Shown one piece after another: positions 55,144-60,767 of a DNA stretch of 60,767 bases (the first letter of the stretch is position 1; each line of letters opens with the position of its first letter). A program made the translations under genes and the position numbers. The DNA is from a virus (taxonomy: Duplodnaviria > Caudoviricetes): positions 1 through 60,767 of the IMG/VR virus record IMGVR_UViG_3300033993_001964; one strand, written 5' to 3'. Under the pieces are notes generated by a model. It searched no databases, was not told where the DNA came from, and saw only the letters and a program-made list of their open reading frames with translations.

Positions 55144-57425
55144 CAGACGTTCCTCGTCAGGGCGGTTTGGAATGCCTGCATGGCGTTGTAGTAGGCGGCG
55201 GCTTGCGAGTCGGTCATGCCAAGACCGACTGAGTAGCCTCCCGAAGTGCCGCCGTATCTGTCCACATTCGCAGGCAGACTTGCTCTGTTGATTCCGAAGA
55301 TGTGCATCTCAGACGCGGTCGGTGTTGCTGCCGTGAGTGTTCCGGTGCCGTCTGACACGCCGTTTTTGTAGACGATTCCTGCGGTGGACGTGCCGTGCAC
55401 GCCAAGCCAGAACGCTCCCGTAGAGACCGATCCAGCCGATGCAATCGAAGACGTTGAGGCACCAAAACTAAACCGTACATCACTTGCCGAGACCTGATGG
55501 CCTAGAGCGAACTGATGCGAAATTGATGCGGCAGACTCAGACCCCATGAATATGTCGTAGTCTGCATTTACAAATGTCCTTGCGTAAAAAGCCAAATGCC
55601 TGTCGCCAGCCGTCAGCGTACTTGTAGGGAAGCCAGTGTTTAGGTATTTGCTTCTTCCAGTATTGGCCAACCCACCACTCGCCCCCGTCTCATTGTAGTC
55701 GCCAGTGACAAACGGCCCGACGTTGGTATCGGTGGTGTTGCCGTACTGCGTTCCGCCCAGCGACGGCCCCCGATAGAGCGGCACCAGTGCGGCGTTGAGA
55801 TTTGAGCCGCAGAACAGGTTGAGACGGTAGAAGCGATCCCGCAGCGATGCCGCGTCCAGTGAGTCGCACAGCGTATTCACTGCCGCCGCCGTGCTGGCAC
55901 TCACCGTGCCGCCGTTGGTGTAGACCCTATCAATCCAGTTCTGTGCGTCGGCGTTGCTGACTTGCGGGGCGAGGGTGATGCCCCAGCGGCTAGACAGATA
56001 GCGGGCCACGCGAGTCACTTCGGTAGCCGTCAACTGCCGGTCGTAGTAGAGTAACTCTGCGATGCCGCCGTTGAGGCCGTAGATGTTTGACGGCAGTGAC
56101 AGAAGCCGCAGTTCCTGATCGCCGGAAAACGTCTGCGAGTCGGTTGTGTCGGTTCCGTAAACACCATCTCGGTATGTTCGCCCAAGAGATGTGTTGAACA
56201 GCGTTGCGCCGATTGTCCACTGGGAAAGAGCGTAGCCAACCTCAGAGTGCGTCTGCGCCAACACGCTGCCGCCCCTGGTGCCGCGAATCGCAGCAACCCC
56301 GTTGGCCCCCGTCTGAATCGCCATGCGAGGCTCGTCGTTTAGCGAGCCACGCTGGATGATCCCTTGGTTGATCGCTGACGCATTGAACACAGCAAACTGC
56401 GTGTTGCCTGCCGTGTACGGCCATGCTGCAACCTGGAGGGCGACCGTGCCGGTGCCGTTGTTTCGTACCGCGTTCTTGCCAGCCGCCGAAGAAGCCCCAA
56501 CGGTCGGCCTGCTCCCCGCCGTCGCCTGCGTTGCGTGCCTCGCGTTTCCAGACTTGTCCAGCCATGCGCCCACCGGATCGCTCGTCGCGGTGGCGGGAGC
56601 GTGGACGCCAGCGATGCCCCACTTGGTGGCGAGGAGAGCCTCCACCTGGGCCAGTTCGCTGCGAGTTAGAACGCGGTTGTAGTGAATGACTTCCGCGATG
56701 TAGCCGTTGAGGTACTCGCTGCTATCCCGAGAGCCGACCATCACTCGCTGAACAAGGCTGTGGTCTGCGGTGCTTGCACCAGTCGACGACGACAGACCGT
56801 CCAGATAGCCGGTTGCACTGGATGACGAAGTAACTGAGTAGATTCTGGCCTGCGTCGTCGGGTTCGCGGAACTCGTCAGAACCTGCGCTGCGCCTGCGTT
56901 CTTTTGCAGTAGCCAAATCTGCGGGTCAGATCGTACCGCCAGACCAAAACCATTAGTCCCCGCGCTGGCGTTGATTTTTGTGTAGACGCCTTTGTTCGCT
57001 GCTGCGGCTTGCTTAAAGACAATGATGTACGTCACATCGCTGGTGTTGAAAGCCGCATTGGCAGCGATCTGCATGGCATTTGCTGTGCCGTCAAACGTCA
57101 CTACGCTCTTTCCGTTCAGTCCGCTGCTAGTGAGCGTTGGCCTTGCGGTTCCTGTTGCAGTTGCATTGTTTCCGCTGCCGCTCTTGTCCTTCCACGTTTC
57201 GACCAGCGATCCGTTCAGCGTCATGCTCGCAGTAGACGAGTCGGCCCCGTCCAGCCACAGCACACACCCGCTGATGTCCGTCGGCTCCCTCACCGCCGTC
57301 ACCGGCCCAGCGTCGGTGGTGTAAAGCGTGTCGGCCGAAGAAGCGTCAAGCCAGAGGGCGAGGCCGCTGATGGAGCGCGGCGTGAAGTTGTTCGCAGGGC
57401 GAAGGAGGCGTGGTGACTGTGCCAT
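55143..57425 (-). CDS. LamG/concanavalin A-like multi-domain protein, probable receptor-binding virion protein
   Basis: ISGLALWLDAS, ISGCVLWLDGAD, WKDKSG.GNNA, LNGYIAEVIHYNRVLT, LNGGIAELLYYDRQLT..YLSSRWGI; C-terminal lectin-like domain ending FQTALTRNV. Confidence 0.8.
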   Translation of the reverse strand: MAQSPRLLRPANNFTPRSISGLALWLDASSADTLYTTDAGPVTAVREPTDISGCVLWLDGADSSTASMTLNGSLVETWKDKSGSGNNATATGTARPTLTSSGLNGKSVVTFDGTANAMQIAANAAFNTSDVTYIIVFKQAAAANKGVYTKINASAGTNGFGLAVRSDPQIWLLQKNAGAAQVLTSSANPTTQARIYSVTSSSSATGYLDGLSSSTGASTADHSLVQRVMVGSRDSSEYLNGYIAEVIHYNRVLTRSELAQVEALLATKWGIAGVHAPATATSDPVGAWLDKSGNARHATQATAGSRPTVGASSAAGKNAVRNNGTGTVALQVAAWPYTAGNTQFAVFNASAINQGIIQRGSLNDEPRMAIQTGANGVAAIRGTRGGSVLAQTHSEVGYALSQWTIGATLFNTSLGRTYRDGVYGTDTTDSQTFSGDQELRLLSLPSNIYGLNGGIAELLYYDRQLTATEVTRVARYLSSRWGITLAPQVSNADAQNWIDRVYTNGGTVSASTAAAVNTLCDSLDAASLRDRFYRLNLFCGSNLNAALVPLYRGPSLGGTQYGNTTDTNVGPFVTGDYNETGASGGLANTGRSKYLNTGFPTSTLTAGDRHLAFYARTFVNADYDIFMGSESAASISHQFALGHQVSASDVRFSFGASTSSIASAGSVSTGAFWLGVHGTSTAGIVYKNGVSDGTGTLTAATPTASEMHIFGINRASLPANVDRYGGTSGGYSVGLGMTDSQAAAYYNAMQAFQTALTRNV

Positions 57426-57622
57426 TACTTCTTCGCGGCCGGCTTCTCTGGCTGCGCCTCCAAGCTTTCCAGGCCATCACGAATATCAGCCTGACCCACA
57501 ACGGCTGCCCTCGCAGCAGAAACTGCAGCGGCTGCTCGAGCGGGTTCAGTGGCGAGCCGGCCGGTGTCAGCAGAAAGCCACACCAGTAGCGAGACGACCA
57601 TTCTCCACAGCAGGGCGATCAT
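57425..57622 (-). CDS. Small membrane/secreted protein
   Basis: MIALLWRMVVSLLVWLSAD..EPARAAAAVSAARAA; coupled at both ends. Confidence 0.6.
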   Translation of the reverse strand: MIALLWRMVVSLLVWLSADTGRLATEPARAAAAVSAARAAVVGQADIRDGLESLEAQPEKPAAKK

Positions 57623-57870
57623 TCTTTTACCTCGTTGATCTTGCGCCAGACGAACATGCACAGCAGCGCGCCCACCACGCTCATCACCACGCCGGCTGGC
57701 TGGTAGTAGCTGCCAGTGATGACCGACCCAACCAGGCCGCCGACCACTGAGCCGGCAACGCCGATGCCAATGGTCTGCATCTTGCTGCCGGGCACAGCCG
57801 GAGGCCACACGGCCTCAGCGATAGCACCGGCAATCCACCCGAACACAACCCACAACACAAGCGAGATCAT
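57619..57870 (-). CDS. GlsB/YeaQ/YmgE (transglycosylase-associated) family membrane protein
   Basis: WVVFGWIAGAIA....P....TIGIGVAGSVVGGLVG......PAGVVMSVVGALL; three TM helices. Confidence 0.85.
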   Translation of the reverse strand: MISLVLWVVFGWIAGAIAEAVWPPAVPGSKMQTIGIGVAGSVVGGLVGSVITGSYYQPAGVVMSVVGALLCMFVWRKINEVKE

Positions 57871-58142
57871 TACCATCCCTCCGCGTGACACACGTTAGTC
57901 TTGTCCGGAACATGCTTGGCTGAGTACCGGCGCTCGAACGATGGCGGCTGCGGCTCAGCGAACACTGCGACCCACAGCCCGAACTTGGCCAGCCTGCGCA
58001 ATAGCGCAACCACCGGGCGGTCTGGTCGTGGGTTGAATGGGTTGATCGGACTGAAGCCGGCGACTGTGGAAGCTAGGTAGCCCACCACAAGGCAGGCCAG
58101 GCACGACACGATCAGGGTTTTCTTTGACATGGTCTGGCTCAC
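57870..58142 (-). CDS. Small membrane protein
   Basis: N-terminal TM helix, PRPDRPV..LLRRLAKFGLWVAVFAEP, C-terminal HAEGW. Confidence 0.7.
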   Translation of the reverse strand: MSQTMSKKTLIVSCLACLVVGYLASTVAGFSPINPFNPRPDRPVVALLRRLAKFGLWVAVFAEPQPPSFERRYSAKHVPDKTNVCHAEGW

Positions 58143-59269
58143 AGCGCCACCGCATGGATAACTCGACGGCTGTCTTTAGTCGTCGCCTCTGGCGGGGCTG
58201 GGTGCAGCCACTCCTTATGCTCAAGGTCGCGGTACTCGAAGCCACCAACGCCGCCGATCGCGAACGAGTCGCCTTGCCGGAGGATTGATTCGATGTCGGA
58301 GCGCGAAGCCCAGAAGCTTCCGTCTGGCTGGTCGGCTGGCCACTTAGGACCGGCGACCCACGTCTTGCCCCATGAGTTGACGACGAGAGCACCGTCTCGC
58401 TTGCCTGGCCCGTCGGCGTGGCGAGTTGCCACGATGACCATGCAGTGGCCCCAATTGCCGCCTCTCGGCAAGAAGCCGTCCTTGTCTCTGGTGCTGGTGG
58501 CTGCGAACCCAACGTCCGAGCAGACTGGAACGCAGTAGCCCGACCCGATGGCGGCGACGAGCTCGTCCCATGTATCCACGAGCGCCACCGCCACCGCCTT
58601 GTGGAGGTTGGCCTGTGCGCCCAGCTCTACCGGCACGCCGTATGCACCCCACTGCCTACTCAGGGTGATGCTGTAGTCGCTGAGGTCGATGCCGTTACTC
58701 TGCTTTTCTCTGTACAGGATGCCGCCCTGTCCGTTCTTAAGCCCGCTCACCCAGCGCGCAGCGGCCGCGCCATAGGATCCGTCCGACCATCCGGCAAACG
58801 TGATCGGCGGCAGGCGACCCGCCGTCCTCGAGCCACCGTAGATAGGCTCAGTTGCCACGAGCTTGGGTGGCTTCGGTAGCTTGCCGGTCTTCCAGTCCAC
58901 TGACTGGGATATGTAGCTGCCCATCCCCCATCCGAACGACACGCAGGTTCCGGCAGACCCCTGATTCCAAACCTCGAACGGCTTGCCGTACACGGCGCGG
59001 CTTGCTTCGTCTGCGTAGCGCCACAGGAATGTGTCGACCGGCTTGGACTGCGCCATGCAGTCGGCGCCTGCCTCAGCAAAGCGCGGCTTGTCCAGCTGCT
59101 CCAGGAACGCAGCCGTACCGATTGGGTCGGGCCGGTAACCGTAGTTGCCCTCGAGCCTGTCGGCCAGTCGGCTTACGTACCTGCTGACCACAGTCCCCAG
59201 AACTGCGGCAAACACCACGAACGCAATCGCCGAGATCGTCCACTGACTGGTGGAGTCATCGCGCCGCAT
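58139..59269 (-). CDS. Membrane-anchored papain-like (C1) cysteine peptidase
   Basis: NQGSAGTCVSFG (Q, catalytic C), WGHCM (H), VNSWG (N), DGSFWA; N-terminal TM helix. Confidence 0.85.
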   Translation of the reverse strand: MRRDDSTSQWTISAIAFVVFAAVLGTVVSRYVSRLADRLEGNYGYRPDPIGTAAFLEQLDKPRFAEAGADCMAQSKPVDTFLWRYADEASRAVYGKPFEVWNQGSAGTCVSFGWGMGSYISQSVDWKTGKLPKPPKLVATEPIYGGSRTAGRLPPITFAGWSDGSYGAAAARWVSGLKNGQGGILYREKQSNGIDLSDYSITLSRQWGAYGVPVELGAQANLHKAVAVALVDTWDELVAAIGSGYCVPVCSDVGFAATSTRDKDGFLPRGGNWGHCMVIVATRHADGPGKRDGALVVNSWGKTWVAGPKWPADQPDGSFWASRSDIESILRQGDSFAIGGVGGFEYRDLEHKEWLHPAPPEATTKDSRRVIHAVAL

Positions 59270-59804
59270 CACTGGCAGCCCTCCCAATGTCGCGGTACGC
59301 GCTGACCCAAGCGGCGCGCGACTCTGCGGTGAGAGGCCCGCCGTCCGTGCCTACGCTGCTCTCGAGGTAGGTGGCAATTGCGTCTCGCGCCTTCGGCTGC
59401 CGGTCTCCAATCGAGGCGCCCTTGCACCGAAGGATCCGCGCTGCCTTGCGCAGCTCGTCCACTGAGACGCCGGTCTTGAGGTAGGGCTGGGGCTGCTCGC
59501 CGTCGTACTCGATCTCGTCAGCCAGCTCGGAGCACAGAGCCCCGACAATCGAGGCGTCGTCGCTTGCAGTCGGGCCAGAGAACAGGCCGTGCAGATCGAG
59601 AGGGCCGGAGTCTGGGGATGGCGTGGGTACTTCTGGCTGGCGTACAGCAGGCATCAGCAGCAACGCCAGCAGGACCAGGCCTACGGCGGCCGCCTTCTTG
59701 GCGTCAACCTTCAATGCCACAGACTTCCAGAGCTTGGTGAGCTGGGATACGTCCACCCCAAAGAACATCGCAGCCGCAGCCAGTACCAGCAGGACCGATA
59801 GCAT
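59256..59804 (-). CDS. Membrane-anchored hypothetical protein
   Basis: Two N-terminal hydrophobic helices, PTPSP linker, helical domain. Confidence 0.7.
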   Translation of the reverse strand: MLSVLLVLAAAAMFFGVDVSQLTKLWKSVALKVDAKKAAAVGLVLLALLLMPAVRQPEVPTPSPDSGPLDLHGLFSGPTASDDASIVGALCSELADEIEYDGEQPQPYLKTGVSVDELRKAARILRCKGASIGDRQPKARDAIATYLESSVGTDGGPLTAESRAAWVSAYRDIGRAASDAAR

Positions 59805-60064
59805 TAGTCCTCACTCCTGTCCGAATTGAGTTCTGATAGGTAATTAGCCAGGCGCCTGGCCTCAACGGTCTCGCTGACCGCCCGTGCCATCTCGGCCAGC
59901 TTTCCGCCGCCTGTCCACTGTCCGGCCCGCTCCAGCATCCTCAGGGCTTTCGTTGCATCGTGGGCCAGGTACATGGCTTCCGCAGTGTCTCGAGCTTCCA
60001 AGACCACGCCAGTCAACTCGGACCTCTCGACAAGGGCGTGGAGCTTTTCGTTTAGGCTTGGCAT
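59804..60064 (-). CDS. Hypothetical protein
   Basis: GGGAG RBS, TAATG coupling, downstream of GGGACATAAA. Confidence 0.55.
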   Translation of the reverse strand: MPSLNEKLHALVERSELTGVVLEARDTAEAMYLAHDATKALRMLERAGQWTGGGKLAEMARAVSETVEARRLANYLSELNSDRSED

Positions 60065-60419
60065 TCCAGGTGTCTCCCGCCGCGATAATGCGGTCCACTA
60101 CCTGGTTTATGTCCCCAGCCGGGCGGCAGTCGGCGAGGATTTTGAGCCTCACAGACCGGGTGCTGAAGCCCAAAGTCTCGCAAACTTCGGGCAAAGACAG
60201 CTCGGACTCGGGCTCCCAGAACACCCAGCGCCAGGCTATGGCAGCTGAGTACATGCGGTCGCTAGGCCCGGACTTAATGCGTACGTGGATCCCGCGCCTG
60301 GACCTGGCTGAGATCCACCGGCATAGCCTGACGGTGTTGGCCATCATGGCCACGAGAAAGTCCCGCCACTTCTGCTCGAGCTCGTCAGGAGGATTCCATT
60401 CCTCTCCGTCGATGATCAC
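59862..60419 (-). CDS. Hypothetical protein, possible DNA-binding (3' part overlaps next gene)
   Basis: GTGA coupling to upstream gene; AWRWVF....LSLPEVCETLGFS. Confidence 0.5.
   Translation of the reverse strand: MIIDGEEWNPPDELEQKWRDFLVAMMANTVRLCRWISARSRRGIHVRIKSGPSDRMYSAAIAWRWVFWEPESELSLPEVCETLGFSTRSVRLKILADCRPAGDINQVVDRIIAAGDTWNAKPKRKAPRPCREVRVDWRGLGSSRHCGSHVPGPRCNESPEDAGAGRTVDRRRKAGRDGTGGQRDR
60106..60115 (-). promoter_or_regulatory. GGGACATAAA motif, candidate late promoter (copy 3)
   Basis: About 40 bp upstream of ATG 60064, at the head of the peptidase/LamG operon. Confidence 0.45.
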
Positions 60420-60766
60420 TGTTTAGGGGCCTCGCAGAAGCCGGTACGAAGCGTGTTCTCATTGATGTCCGGCCACACCTCAAGAGAATGGATTGCCGCC
60501 ATCAGGCCCCACGCAGCGTGGCCAAGATGCTCCTCGCTGCGGTCGCCTCCCAAGAACATGTAGATGTGGCGGATGGCATGGTTCAGCAGGTCGTTGACCG
60601 GCATGCCCCGCTCCCAGTTGAAGTCGCCGTATTTCTGAGCGCCCTCTGCGCACGCCTCCGCTACGGCACGGAGGCCGATCGGACTGATGAGGTCGTACCT
60701 CGTCTGCTCTGCGTCCGACGAACGCACAGCCCCAGACTCGAACGTAACCTGAGAACCTTCTACTTC
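60416..60766 (-). CDS. dATP/dGTP diphosphohydrolase domain protein (DUF5664-like), 5'-truncated by the window
   Basis: FESGAVRS, RYDLISP, GAQKYGDFNWERG, NHAIRH, EEHLGHAAW; frame open to the window edge. Confidence 0.85.
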   Translation of the reverse strand, partial: EVEGSQVTFESGAVRSSDAEQTRYDLISPIGLRAVAEACAEGAQKYGDFNWERGMPVNDLLNHAIRHIYMFLGGDRSEEHLGHAAWGLMAAIHSLEVWPDINENTLRTGFCEAPKQ

Positions 60767-60767
60767 A

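Overview
The window is most of the genome of a GC-rich temperate tailed phage (Caudoviricetes, podovirus-like: portal, adaptor, nozzle and very large probable ejection proteins, with no tape measure, tail tube or sheath). It is truncated at the right end and no host genes are visible. The host is plausibly a Planctomycete or other PVC bacterium (inference only). Layout: (1) 36-3883 minus, recombination/replication genes (PD-(D/E)XK nuclease, SF2 helicase, ERF annealase, exonuclease VIII-like). (2) 3809-3855, an attP made of the 3' half of tRNA-Val(GAC), lying inside the 5' end of the exonuclease ORF, next to a short tyrosine integrase. (3) 4709-42703 minus, virion and packaging operon plus SSB. 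(4) 42.9-54.3 kb plus, an early/accessory arm built of cassettes each headed by a conserved 34-bp motif and a stem-loop. It contains a type II hammerhead ribozyme, a GIY-YIG nuclease, a MoxR AAA/VWA-metallopeptidase module and a serine recombinase. (5) 54.2-60.8 kb minus, a phage sigma factor, a nested-LamG protein, a papain-like peptidase with membrane proteins, and a DUF5664 gene. The most notable signals are non-coding: the six-copy motif/stem-loop cassette system, the hammerhead, the attP inside a gene, LexA-like TGTAC-N4-GTACA palindromes upstream of the sigma factor and other genes with no CI repressor in view, and a GGGACATAAA late-promoter candidate. All calls come from reading the sequence by eye; no database searches were run.
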